Shown: positions 33,819 through 47,721 of the stretch, in pieces
Layout of the letters: each line of letters starts with the position of its first letter
Position numbering within the stretch: the first letter of the stretch is position 1
Assembly: GCF_964204645.1 (NCBI RefSeq)
Contig: NC_134030.1
Location: forward strand, 12,731,947 to 12,795,946
Direction of reading: 5' to 3'
DNA from: Tubulanus polymorphus
Taxonomy: Eukaryota > Animalia > Nemertea
DNA: 64,000 nt
Position numbers and translations under genes: made by a program
The notes under the pieces: model-generated
What the model was told of the DNA's origin: nothing
Database searches by the model: none
Seen by the model: the letters and a program-made list of their open reading frames with translations, nothing else

Positions 33819-36800
33819 GTAGTAATGTACATAGGCCTAGTGACTGTTGCCGCACGTGTGTGGCGAACGCCTTCAGATATTATACATTACTGGGTGATGA
33901 TTTTTAGTGAGCATTCATCGGCGCGTTTTAACTGCAATAATTCAGGGCTCGACCCGTAATGCATAAGATGCTGAATGTCATCGAATGATGATGTAGGCCT
34001 ACCACATTGAAACTAGCAATTACCTTCCAAAATATAAAAGTCATTCATGGGTTCAAGATCGCGCTAAGTGTTTGGAAAACGCTTTTAACTTCTAAAATTT
34101 TCTTGGGGGAGGACCCCCAAACCCAGAAATCGCTTCGCACCTTCGCCGCTCGCGAGTGCAGCCTGTTCCCGTGTGCAACTCAACAAAAAAAACGCAGATT
34201 TTATAGGTTGGCGTTCTCATCTCTGATTATGGCTAATGGAATCATCTGATCTTATCTAGCCTATTCATCTTATCAACAGTTGCATTGTATTCATTATTTT
34301 GACAGTATTTTTGACGCCGTCTAAAACGTTACCATTATGAAACCTAAACAATGTTAACCATTCAGCATCATTTTACAAACGACAACCATAAATCGATGTG
34401 CAAAACGTCACAGGTCTACGTGTATACATACAAGCTATTTGGCAAAATATTATTGATAAAGATGTAGAATGGCTTCCTGTGATTATATAATGAGCTCTAT
34501 TTGAACGTCGAAATATCATATTGCATTGAATATCAGTAGAAGACATTTTGTAATAGTAAATGATGTATGATTATATCTGAAACGGCAGGCATAAATAGAA
34601 ATGATAAGTAAATCGGATTATTCGGTCAAATGTGGTCTGATTCAATTCAATTCTATATTGATCCTTATTACATATAAAATTCTGGGATGAAATTCCCAAA
34701 TTTGATAAAGTTACAAATTTTAGAATAAGAAAATACAGCATACAAGACACACGCGTAATTCATACCAAATAACATAAACAAGTTATTTTAAATGACTGTC
34801 TACTTCAACCCAGACTCAAGAGGATATCGAGTGACAGCCAAACCGGGCCGGCTAGGCCACGCGATATGCTCCAAATTCATGATGAAGCATACTTCAGAAG
34901 AGCTCTTTCCTCAACCATGGAGGCAATGAAATTGCAGACCAGCTTAGAGGCAAAAGTGAATGAAGTCGGTCCCAAGTAATCAATTATTGACAATTTTCAA
35001 TAAAAAACTTGAACCAGTACTGTACAGTCGAAGACCTGTATCACCTGCCAAATCTCATAATTCCCCAAATTTCTTAAAACTTCGATTTCAAATTAGCTTA
35101 TCCCAAAAATTCTACTTTTTTTCGCAGGTGTCAAATAATTTATTAAGATTAATTTTCTTGGTTCTGTCAGTTATAAGATGGTAGTGAGTCGATGACGTCA
35201 TTTTTATGTCAACACTTATAATTGTTGGTGGGAGTTCAGACAAAGATTTGTCAAACGAATAAATACTTTAGTCTTATTAATGCAGAGTGTGAAGTTTGGC
35301 TTTTTGGTTTACCTTTGTCAGCGATATGAAGTTGGCATTGAGCCAATTCGTGTAAAATTGCTGTACATTTTTTTATGTGAGCATTTGTTTCATTGGTTCT
35401 CGGCTTAAATAACGTATAATCGATGCAATTGAAGACATGGTGAACCTCCGTTCGATGACATGGTCAACTTTGTTGAAATTCTACGAAAACCTGTTTTTGG
35501 CAGGAAAAATCTACGCTCTTGCGTATAAAATTGTGATCTCGATTGTGAGCTCGATTGGGGGCATTGTCTCCATGAGCAAATGTGATTGGCTGTTTTATGG
35601 ATATATCGGGAATTCCGGCGCCACTAAAATAGTTATGGGAAAGCCGAAAGCCATAGAATGGCGTACGTTTCATTGGACTAGGTGCCCTATACGTGCGAAT
35701 TTTAAATGCTCATTGTTGGTGAGGATGTAATTATTTCACACATCCGCCATAGGTATTGTTTCATTTTAATACCCGATGATTGTTTTGATTGACATTGAAG
35801 TGTAAGCGAACATTCACTTACACGAGGCCTCCACCTGTCCGCGCAGAGTGCTACACGACACACACACAAGCTCGTACAGTACACTACTCAAGGTGATGCT
35901 GTAACGCGTGCGCGTTTGACATGAAAATAGGCTGAATTATTGTGCAGAAGATGAGCGCTGTGTTTTCTGTTCGATAGAATTTGTAATGAATTGTAATTTC
36001 TTGTGACCTGATAATATTGTAGTCGTAAATTCCAGGATTTAAAACGATCTAATAACCGATTTCTTCTGTACCGGTATTTTAACTTCCGCGGCCAACATTG
36101 GAAGAGGTTTCCATGACCCAATATTCAGCCACCCTCTGATATGTGACATCATATGAATTTTAGGCCATCCCATATTAATGGTCTGTTTGCCGTAACCCGA
36201 CGGACCCGACTTCAAAGGTACCGAGTGAAAACTTTTTTTCTGGGATTCATTGAAATAAATTTTATTTTTGATATAAACGGCCGACCGACCCAGTGCCTAC
36301 GTATGAGCTACGTCTTATATATGTTTGAATTCAAGTGTGCATCGTGTGATAACATGCCTTGTCAATGTGGCCTAATTTAAGTTTTCCAGGATACTGGCAG
36401 TGTTCCAATAAGCTGCCATTCATTCTCATAGTGACTATATCAAAGCTGGTAATGTAAAACCGCGCACATATTCAATGTACTGTTTCATTGTTAACATAGA
36501 GATGAGCTCTGGACGCAGTTATAATTTTAGAATAATTCTCGAAATCTACGCTATTAGACAAATTTCCCGTGCACAACGTAGATGATTTTAGCGATATTGT
36601 TTCCATGTAAAAAGGTGATAAATTTGTTTTTTTGCCCAAAAATTTAAAAAAAAAATTTTTTTCTTGCCTACCGACTCATCCTGAAAAGTTGAGTCGGTGT
36701 TACGGCAAACAGACAATTATTTTGGGATGACCTTATTTGAATATTTTTTTCATATTGTGAAACATATTTTTTTGGAAAATATGAAATAATTTCCCTGCCA

Positions 36801-37392
36801 CGCCTACCTGTACCCTACAAACTTTTGGACGTGGACCGTAACCAAATGTATATCTTTGGTCTTATTTGACTACAAAATAATTCTTTAAGAAAGATAAAAT
36901 ACAATGTAAACTTGTGGAACTTTGAAGTCACGAATTAAAAAGATTTTTCAAGCAATGCCCTTACTCCAAACAACCTCTAGCTTTCAAGGTAAACCACACT
37001 TTGCCCATGGGCAATTTATTTCAACCGTGTTTTGGCCCTTGTCATCCCTAACGTTGGTATAAGCCCTTCTGATTATAAATAGCTTACCACCAACGATTAG
37101 GTAACTAACTAGATATATTATGTATTTAATGTATGTATCCGCCATACAGTATTATGTAATTGTGTTGTATCATAAAAAAAATAATATTTTTTGATACAAT
37201 CAACTAACAATAGTTAACAAACATTCAGATTAAGGTATTCATTGAACAATAACAACTGTCCAATTGCCTAAGGGAATGTAGGTAAAAATGTCCCGGATAA
37301 TATGTTCCTGGAACAAAATTTCCCCGGAAAAATGTCCCATAATGTAGAAAAAAATTTCCCAGTCTATCACTACTTATTTAGTAAATTTCCCA

Positions 37393-38883
37393 CAGACCTG
37401 CCAACTGTTACGATTTTCCCATAATCGTTACGGATTGACCGTACAAATTACGGTGCAGTGGGTGTTCAAAAATACGATTTTAGTCTATTTTCAATAAGTT
37501 CTAGGGAAAACTCTATCTAGCGTTGTTACAATTCTTAAAAATATGTAAGGATTCTTTAAATATATGTCACGAAAGAAGTTAAAACATGTTGATTTTATTA
37601 TCGGAAACTAAAAATAGGAGTCACTTAGCGCACGCCGCGCATTCCGATAGTTGATATACGCGTCAAGTATCCAATCAATAGCACATTTACACAGACCGCT
37701 GGCATACACGTGGCTTCCTGCATGCACTCAATACAGTACATCTATCAGCTGGCTGTCACCTGGGCAACCTTCTTCTATTGATCTATTGTATACAATACTC
37801 TCTAGCATGCCTTTTAAAGATACAGCTGTAAAAATAACAGCGACGGTTGCATGCATTGAATCATTTTTTGGAAGTAATCCGACTTAAGTTAATTTATTTG
37901 TTTATCAATCCATGATTCTGCGTTATTTATTTGTTCAAAATGAAAAATAAATTAGAAATTAATATTGGTTAACCCTTTCAGTGCGTCTACACCGCAGTGC
38001 GGTGTATAAATCAGTGGTGGATTTTGCTAGTACACCGCACTGCGGTGTATTGATGTAATTAGTAATCAGTTTTTAGATCTACTGAAAGATGGCAGCACCT
38101 GTCAAACATAGTTAAATACTAGTAACTAACGATACACCGCGCCGCGGTGTAGACGCACTATAGTGGTATTCCCGTTATTCAACACACTAGGGTGGAATTT
38201 TTCAAAATTTTCACATTATCCCCAGCACTATGGGATAATGATTAGTCAGCACTGAAAGGGTTAACAAAACGACCTCCCACCGCAAACCAGTCGCATCGGT
38301 TCTCTGCTGTAATCAGTGTGTCTGTTATAAACGGTTACCGCGATGATTTCATGGATTTAGACGTCATTTTATCTGATATAAGTGATGAACCTAATCAATA
38401 ACGAACCGGGCAACAAAGAGAAGGAAGCCCACCGTTTTAAAGATGTTACACAGTAATGAATCTTTCGTAATCGTAATTTTGCATGAATCTTTCTTAATCG
38501 TAGAGCATCACACTCAATTTTTTGTACTGACTAAATGACAAGTATTATAATGTGTGGAGTTGACAATTATAATCTACACGTCTCGCCTCATGCAGGTAAG
38601 CCTGTTACAAAGGTACAATATCATATTGACAATTGAAACAAAAAACAAAAGAGTAAAGCAAAATTAAGTTAAATTAAAGGGTTTTTTCAATCCAGCGTCA
38701 TTTTATATAAATTACATGCTTGTTACTGAAAAACAAAAAACAAAAGAGTAAAGCAAAATTAAAGGGTTTTTCAATCCAGCGTCATTTTATTTAAATTACA
38801 TGCTTGTTACTGAAAAACTTCAGATATTACTGAAAAATTATGATATTGTTCTGATTTAGTCAGACATGAGGTTGGCAGGTCTG
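37393..38883. mobile_element. Non-autonomous TIR DNA transposon (hAT-like ends) with 6-bp TSD TTCCCA
   Basis: CAGACCTGCCAAC / GTTGGCAGGTCTG; TTCCCA at 37387-37392 and 38884-38889. Confidence 0.8.
37973..38260. mobile_element. piggyBac-type MITE nested in the hAT-like element
   Basis: TTAA TSDs, TIR CCCTTTCAGTGC, internal TACACCGCNNNGCGGTGTA palindromes. Confidence 0.85.
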
Positions 38884-40484
38884 TTCCCATCGAAATAACA
38901 CCAAAGAAAAAACTTGGTAATAGTGTAAATTGCATACTAACCATAAAAAATAATTCATTGAGTGACCATGAGAATTAAAGGCCTAGAATTTCAACAATTA
39001 TTAATTTTGCCTATTGAGAAGATGGGAACTCAAACATGATATGTCAAATTTAAGAAGATTTTAAATTCATAATTCAATTCATAATACAAATAATTAAATC
39101 AAAGTAGAGCCATTTCTTTATATAATGTTAAAATTGTAATTACAATGTATATACCAAGTGTGTCCAAATTATATTTTTGGACCTGAACTGGAAGCTTTTT
39201 TCTTGTGGCGTTACACTTGAAAGAATACTGATACACTCAAGAAAATTTGTGCTGACAACATTTTTCTTGTTGGCAGGTCTGTAAGATTTTAGCTGCCAGT
39301 AGGTTAAGGGTAAGTGCCATGTAATATGGTGACTATCTGATTCAAAAATGTACATTTATTGTTATTAGGATCAACTGTGTTTATCCTTACAGAATGGTCC
39401 TGAGAGTAACTTTGTTAGCTCTGTTAGCTCTTGGCACAAATTGTAACCACTGGATATACACCACTGATATTTTGTCATTAGGTGGAAAATAGATGGTGGA
39501 ATTGATATGGCGGTTTCGTTCATCAGCTCTAAGCCGTTTGGAAGTACTGGGAGAAAATGTGCAAAATTTCAATACATTTTTTCCCATTCTACTAATCGGT
39601 GCTTAAACTAGTTTTATGACATCACAGGGAAAGCCCTTCAGAAGGGCATCACTTGCAAATCCCTCTAGAAGGGCTTTCCCAGTGACATCATTATAGAGAA
39701 CTGTTCTACCATACTTGTGACTCAAAGGGAAAACCCATTACCATGTATATCAACTAAGTTGAACATGCTTACTATACAGTGCACCATGATGATTTCATCT
39801 TGATCAGCTGTTTATACAATTGCAAATTTCAAATCCAAAAACAAATTGATTTTTGTGCTCAAAACAAAACGTACTCAGTTGATCCTATTGGACCCATGGT
39901 CCTTTATTAAAATTTCGCATGAGAATGTATCATGACATCATCAGAAAATGAATCTAGGTTGTATTACCATCCGAGATGGGTGACTGGTGTTCATATTTGG
40001 TTTTAAAGCTGTCCATTTTGGCCTGTATCTCTGTAGGCCTGCCTATTTTATGTAGAACATAAGTATTTCACATTCTACACAATGTTAGATGATATCATTT
40101 TCATTTATCAGGTTATGAATCAAGGTTATTATAACCATGATTCATTAATTAAGATATTCTGATAAAGATAATATCTGATAGATAATGATGGCATTATATT
40201 ATAACTTATAATGTGATGCCATCCAAGACACCTGACTAGTGGCCATCTCTTTCCACAAATGTACATTTTGGCTTATAACTATGAATTTATTTCATAAAGA
40301 GCAATGGTATCATATGATTTCAGATGATGATGAGATACCCGAATACTGCATAGTAATTTTCAACAAAAAGCAATGTTTATGCCTGGGTTAGGACCTGGGT
40401 TTGGGAGGTTATTTTTGGGATGTCAGGGGGACACATCTGTTTGCAAAGCTAATGCATAAGATCTGTTTTTCTTTTCTTAATTAG

Positions 40485-40701
40485 AAACAGACAGTGATGT
40501 GCCAGTACCAGCTACAAGAGAGGAAGCAGTTGTGCTGAGTGGAAAGTATGTCCCTCCCGCGGCTCGATTTGCTGGTTCCATGAAAACGAGCTCCAATACT
40601 CCTGGCAAAAGAGGGAAACGTGGTGCTCCCTGCATTAAAAGTGAAGTTGATTTTCCAAGTTTAGGTGGTAGCGTCGAAGATGCAAACATGCGTAAAGAAA
40701 A
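40485..40701 (+). CDS. CDV3: CDV3 homolog, exon 4
   Basis: GKYVPPAAR...AP.IKSEVDFPSL; phase 1 to 2, GTAAGT donor. Confidence 0.9.
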
Positions 40702-42046
40702 GTAAGTTCATGTGATGTATGTGTATGAGAAAATAATCTTGCTTGCATTTCAGTTAAATCTAGTTTAATAACTAGTCTTCAAATTTTGATCCACCAATTT
40801 TAATCAGGGCTTCTTACAACCCGTCTATGGTAGAAATCCACTTAATTTTTCTTCATCACGCAACTCAGTATCATCATCATCATCATCATCATATGGTTAT
40901 GTAGTTCGTAAACCTAATCAAGGGCGTGCCCTATAGCCGGAAACGTTTTTCCATCTGTCCACATGGTTGTTTGAAAGTGTTAATATATCATCTGCTGTGA
41001 CTATCTGTGAGGGTCCTGATGTCACCATTGTACATGTATTGACAAAAATTACACAATTGAAATGACAGAATTGCATCCAGGTTTTAACATATAGTCTTGA
41101 AATTTAGCTTAGAACCCCTATTGATTTTGGAGATAATTGCCTGCAAGATGCTGGAGCGATAGCCATATGGATCTGTACACTGTTCCTATCTAATAGGATG
41201 GGGCAGTTTTGGAATAAGAATTATAGTTTTGATATAGGCCTATGTGGTATGTTGCGTATAGTAGTCTAAAATCTTGTATTGCTTGTTTTCAAGATGTCTA
41301 ATTGGTGGCCTTATTGAACCTTGAAAATGCACTCTCACTATTCCTTAAAGTGCAGTTTTTGAAATGAAGTGAATACATAACTTTACAAGAGATATATAGC
41401 TTTAGAAATCTATTGATTTTGGTGATATTTGCATTCAAGATGGCTGTTTGGCAGCCATATTGGATCCTAGAAATATACTTAATCCTTATAATCATTGAAT
41501 TATTTTACCCTTCTGGCATTATTTCCTCTGGCATTTTTACACCCCTGACATTTTTACCCTTGGCATTTTCACTTCTGGCATTATTACCTATGGCATTTTT
41601 ACCTCTGGCATTATAACCGCGTACCGTTTAGTAGCACCTTTGATTTAGTATGTTAAATGTATAATACACAGCGTAAGGTACCTACGGATTTCGGTTGCTT
41701 CCATAGCACTCAATTTGTCAAAACCAGATTACACCAGGATCAAGGCTTTTGAGCCCTCTAAACAGTTGCATCATACTGCTGTTATGAAATGAAGAGTTGT
41801 ATAATGAAGTTCATCCATTAGCCTTTATTGTTGTTATCAAATGTAATTTTCCCAATTCTCTAACACTTAACCAGCCACACTTAACACGCCATGGTGTGCA
41901 TGGTGCCTCAGGACTACCAGATGTTGTGAATCAAATTATGTGTGCATGTACACTCATTTATTATCAAGGCAGGCTAACTGTTTGAATCAATCATCCTTTT
42001 CCTGAGTAATGAGGGAAAACATTTTAATTTTCTTATCTATTTTTAG

Positions 42047-42167
42047 AGATACTGGTTATAATCGTTATGAATCAGTCAAGAGTGGAAATCGATTGACACA
42101 GGAAAGTGATAGGTCGTTGAAATTAGAACTGGGTAATAAGTTTTCTGCTCTCACTAAAAATGATTGA
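42047..42167 (+). CDS. CDV3: CDV3 homolog, exon 5 (stop TGA); AATAAA at 42220
   Basis: LKLELGNKFSAL C-terminus; phase compatible with exon 4. Confidence 0.85.
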
Positions 42168-43269
42168 CATTAGTTTAGTTGTGAGTTTGATTTGTATGCA
42201 GAAGTATAAAGAGTGGACAAATAAAATCATTTACCTCATTTCATGTTATTTTCATGCTATCTTTACCTTAAGTCTCCATTAGCTACATTTTGCGAGACGT
42301 CAATGTACTTCAGGATCCAACCTTGGCCAAGTGGGCATGTCGGAAGTGGTTAGCTGCAGAATGCCCTGGTTAAGTAAATCACTATAACAGTGGCAATTAT
42401 TTGAATCTGGTGAATATTCTACATACAAAGGGACTAGTCACAAATAATACATTGAATCCTAGATTGTCCGCCGTATGATTATCCACCACTCTTGCTAACG
42501 ACCATATAAATGTCATGGTGCAGATTTCCTCAGTGCTGTTTAGCCCACTTGAGAAATACAAAATTACTGTTTTAAATACTAAAAGTCCACACTATGAAAT
42601 CAGTCTTTGCTTATTGGTTACTGTTAGTGCTATATTCAAAGCCACCTACATGTATATGACCATATTTTAAACAACATTTAGATATTCTTCCATTTCCATT
42701 GATGACCCACTTTCCAAAAATGCATTAACTATACTTTTCTTGTGTCTTTTTTTCTAAAAGCTGCGATGGGTCTTGTGCATCATTGTATCTAAAGACTAAA
42801 TACATTACAAACTCACAGTTACCTTAATGTTTGGCTTTTAAAAGTCTCTTTAGATAACAACTTTGAATTTGATGCATGCCATGTCCTCCAAGGCCAACTT
42901 GGATACAAGAGACTGGAAAATTTTCAGCATTTATAATTTTGCACTAGATAAATTGATCTTATGGAGAAACAATACTCTGCCACTTAGTATCCTATCCTAA
43001 CCATTCTGAACATGGAGATACAATACTGCTGCACTCGTGTATTTATACTATAAAGCAGAAGTGATGGTATTTACCGCGACGCATTGTAGGAAAATTGATG
43101 CACTTATACATCATTTTACTGTTGCTTTATGTCAGTTTTTCCCATCATCATGTTACATATTTCAAATAGATTGGTGGTCCGAGGGGGTTACAATATGCAT
43201 TTTAAGCCTGAGCTTAATTTTGGTTAAAAAAGATGTGTTCGCCATCTAACAGTAAAGTAGCGTGCTAAT

Positions 43270-45015
43270 CATACCCAACCTAACTTTTAAAATAATCAAA
43301 CCTTTAGAAAGGAGGGGTATCCCAGTACATGCCAGTATATCCAAGCCCAATATCTAAGGGAATCCTCCACCGTGTTTCGTATCTTACTCCAAGCAAAAAA
43401 AGTCCAGGGAATCTCTTATTTCATCATCAATCTGTCTCTCAGGATAAATAGATTTCATACATATAACCGAAATTCGTTACCAATCCCATTTGCAGAAATT
43501 ATGGCAACGTTTATGGGGGACATCTACTTCTTCACTCTAGGTACTATTTTTGGGGTCCGGCCCTACGCATCTTCGAGCTACTAACCTTATTGTGGTCTGA
43601 CGCCTGACTAGTTCCAAAACTTAAGAATAGCATTATTTTTTATACAGCTTTAGAAAGACTGGGGATACCCTAGATATACAATGCAATGTAATAGCTCTCG
43701 TCAAATTACATGGAAATACATACTAATGCACAAATCGACCATATGCGACAAAATCCAAGTTTTCTATCAATATCATCAAAGTCAAACATTCATTTCAAAA
43801 TATGAATAAAACAATTATACAGCATTTTCTGAATACTTGATAGGTTTTTCACTGATGGATATAAATATATGGCTATGGATAAAAATCAGAAACACAATTT
43901 TAAAACATTTTTTGAAAAAAAATGCCTTTTTCATCACCGAATTGGCTGAAACCTTTAGATTTGGCGTTTCTTGCGCTGAAGGCCTAATTCGAATGCACCC
44001 TACTGCGTCCACAGGCCTTTGACCGGGACGAATTTTATATACCAAGTGTAGTTGTCACCAGTACTAGTTAGGAAAAATATCACAACTGGCCTCTGACAAT
44101 GTCCTTTCGGTTGCCATGGTTTCAACAAAAATATGCATTTCCCCTACCCCTTTAATTCCTGACAGTATCTGGCACTAAAAAGTCAGCCAAACTAGAAAAC
44201 TAAATCAAAGAAAGCTGAATTAATGTGATTATTCTGTATGGGCAAGGATGGCCTTTATGACATAAACTTATGAGCCTAGACCGAGCCTCCTATGAGAAAA
44301 TATCTGACAATTCATGCCTAAATACTGACCGAAATCTGCGATTCTTGCTTTTTACAAGTAAAACTTACCAAGTCCTACCATGAAACTGATTAATATCAGC
44401 GAATTAGGTCTCAATGAATGCCTCAAGACAACTTATATGTGCAAAAGATGTATAAGATAAGAATTATTTGTGAAATTTCATCAAAACCTCAAAATTTGTC
44501 ATTTTGGCGGTATTGGCTGTCATAGCTCAGACCACTATTCCAAAATCTTCTATATCTTATAGTAAAAACAAGAAATTCGAAAGTTTAGTTCATAAGCGCA
44601 TAAATTCATGGGAAATCATGCTTATGGCTCATAGACATAGGCCAGCATCTTAGCTACGCGTTGAAGTGGTTTTCGCCTCACATACCCAACCTAACTTTTG
44701 AAATAATCAAACCTTTAGAAAGGAGGGGTATCCCAGTACAGGTATGCCAGTACATCCAAGTCCAATATCTAAGGGAATCCCCAACCGTGTTTGGTCCCCT
44801 TACTCCAAGCAAAAAAAGTCCATTGAATCCTTATTTCATCATCAATCTGTCTCTCAGGATCCATGGATTTCATACATATAACTGAAATTCTTTACCTATC
44901 CCATTTGCAGAAATTATGGCAACATTTATGGGGGACCTCTTCTTCACTCTAGGTACTATTTTTGGGGTCCAGCCCTACGCATCTTCGAGCTACTAACCTA
45001 ATTGTGGTCTGATGC
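43270..45015. repeat. Two diverged direct copies of a ~335-bp sequence (43270-43603 and 44681-45015)
   Basis: CATACCCAACCTAACTTT...GAGCTACTAACC..ATTGTGGTCTGA in both. Confidence 0.8.
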
Positions 45016-45921
45016 CGAACGTAATTCTGGTAGCCACCCGCGACTCAATGACCTTGATTTAAACTTGATCAATTCAAAATTTATTTATTGACGCTTTTGG
45101 TTACATGAACTGATAAGCAATATACAAATGAAATAACCGGAATAACAAGAAATCAATAATATAAAAGAGGTAACAAACAAATGCCCGTAAACCTGTCGGA
45201 CTCGCGAAAGCCGGGCTCGTAAACTCTTTGACTCGGACCCGCTGAGCAATAAATTCATAGAATTGACTTTGAAATTGATTGTGGAGAAGAGAGGGAATAA
45301 TTCGATAGCTCTTCCTCAAAAAGAAGAGAGAAATGTCAGAAGAAAACACAACATGGCTACTAATTGAACGCGGCCAAATTTCCGATGTTCACGGCTCGAC
45401 AGTGCCTTTATAACGTGGATTTATCAAAATTCCCATGCAGTATCTGGAGATTGAAGTGAGCGGAAGGATATCATACGGATTGTATCCGCAACAGCGGTAA
45501 GGTAAGGAAGCCTTTGCACTTTTAACAAAAACTGAGTGGAAAAGGGAAAAAAAATAATCAAGCGAATCTCAATAGGGTTTTCTGTGAAGAAACAGACAAC
45601 CCTAATTACTTGGCAGTTAGAAACTATATATTTGTGACCTCTTTTTCTTTGGAATTTATTAAATTCATAGTTATACTTCTACCTGCTTTATTGATACTCA
45701 TTTAACTCATTTTAGGCGAATTTCTTATTTTGTGTAAACCAAATGAATCATATATTCCTTATATAGAAAGTCACTTCTGTTTATTAGATTTCAAGTTTTA
45801 GTGAAACCAGTCATAGAGAAAGTGGCAATGAACATGGATCAGACGACGATGACGTGAAAATAACTGGAACATCAACTACAGAAGTATCGGTGGCAAAACG
45901 TAAAAAAGGATTATTAGTGCG

Positions 45922-46378
45922 AATGAGAAACAAGTAATAAAACGTGGCGAATGGTTGACTGATGAATCAATAAATATAGCACAAAATTGCTTGGCCAACC
46001 AGTTCCCCCACATTGAAGGGCTGGAGGATACTCTATCAGGCCCCAACTTACAATTTTCTGTAGCTAATGGAGAATTTATTCAAATTCTCCATTCAGGTGG
46101 TAACCACTGGGTAGTCGTTAGTAATATCGGTTGTCAGTATGGTCATGTTAATTATAATGATACTTTATTTTTTGGACAAATTAAGAACAATGGCCAGAAA
46201 CAAATATCAAATATCATGTTTGCTGATGATATGCATGTTATTTAGGTAAATGTAATGTCTGTTCAAAAGCAATCCAATGGTAATGACTGTGGTGTTTTGG
46301 CCTAGACTATAGCCACTGGTTTAGTTTTTGCGGAAGATGTGACAACTGTGACCTACGATCAGAGTCTTAGTAGGGAAC
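45922..46378 (+). pseudogene. Ulp1/C48-like cysteine protease remnant, cut by the second Polinton
   Basis: WLTDESI, GGNHWV, QKQSNGNDCGV, YDQS..RE; internal stops. Confidence 0.75.
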
Positions 46379-46529
46379 AGTAATAGGGTAATTGTTGTTT
46401 CATACCAGAGGTCGAAAGGTTGAGCTCATAAAAAATAAAAAATAGATTCTCACACGCTCGAATTTATTTTTTTTTCCCACTCACTCAACCTTTCAACCTC
46501 TGATATGAAACAACACTTACCCTATTTCT
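46379..46529. repeat. 151-bp palindromic terminus of the second Polinton
   Basis: AGTAATAGGGTAA...TTACCCTATTTCT with loop TTCTCACACGCTCGAA identical to element 1. Confidence 0.9.
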
Positions 46530-46602
46530 CTAATAATATTCATGTATATGAACATTATATTATATTTATGAAATCAATTTTAATAAAAGATATGCATAAT
46601 AA

Positions 46603-46944
46603 ATGGAGAGTAAACAAATACACAGTGAATTCTTAAATAGAATTAAAGATACTACAAATCTCAAATCTGTAGATTATAAATTCAAAAGGTTAAATGAATT
46701 AACATAACATAAGAAATATTTAATCACTAACATTGAAACAGTTACTAATAGATATGGAAATAAATTAGTTATTCACTTAGAATATGAATGATTAAAAGGA
46801 AATAAATATAAATTCAGAACATATTTACCAGATAGATTTCATAGATTATCAAGTGAAGATATAGAAGAATTATGTTCTGGTGATTTCTATTTCATATATA
46901 AAGGTAGGAATGAAAAAGGATGTCATGATATAGATTTCGAATAA
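46603..46944 (+). pseudogene. Homolog of 14795-15136
   Basis: Same 342-bp length, internal stops. Confidence 0.85.
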
Positions 46945-46961
46945 AAGAATATGTAAAATAA

Positions 46962-47703
46962 ATGGTTGAATTAAACAAATATAGAATATTTGTTGATTCT
47001 AGAAAACTTACAAATTATAAATCTCATAATTTAGATAGAGAATTTAGAAATTGTGTTGATTTAAAATGAGTAAATATAAGTTTATGTAACTCATTTTACA
47101 ATATATCGAATAAAACTATTGAACATAGAGCCTTTTTGATTTTAAATAATATAAATAAAAATGAATGGTTCTATATATATTTAAGACCAGGGTTATATAA
47201 TTTAGATACATTATCTCAAGAAATTAATAGAAAAGCCTTGCACAAATTAGTTAATGATTCCGGATTTAACATGAGATTTTTAAAAAGTGATAGTTCGGAT
47301 TGAATAAAGATTAGGTTCTCTCAAAGTGAAAAACATAAATTTATGGTAAAAAAACCTATAGCTAAACTGTTAGGAATTCCTCCAGATAGATCTTTTACAA
47401 ATATTGATGCTACACCAAACTTTACACACATTTCTATATTTATTGCAATTTAATTGATCCTACAAAAACATTCGAAGCAACTGAAGATACAATTTGTAAT
47501 TCTAGTATATTAAATATTTTACCATTAAAAATGTTAATCAATTTGGAACGCAAATAAATTATAATTTAGCTGAATGGGATTTCAAAGCTTGTATTCCACA
47601 ATTTGATAATTTTAAATTAGAAATAAGAATTCATAATGGTTACTTAATTGACTTAAATAATTTTCTTGTAATTTATGAATTAGTTATAAGATGTAAAGAG
47701 TAA
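46962..47703 (+). pseudogene. Minor capsid protein pseudogene
   Basis: Colinear with 14021-14779; stops and indels. Confidence 0.85.
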
Positions 47704-47721
47704 TTTTTTTGTTATATAGAT

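Noticed and set aside
32569-45349. Many 60-100-aa ORFs in CDV3 introns and downstream
   Set aside because: No motifs, they overlap repeats, and their lengths are within chance expectation
45922-46378. Ulp1-like protease as the Polinton's missing protease
   Set aside because: It lies outside the terminus and is interrupted by the element, so it is the insertion target
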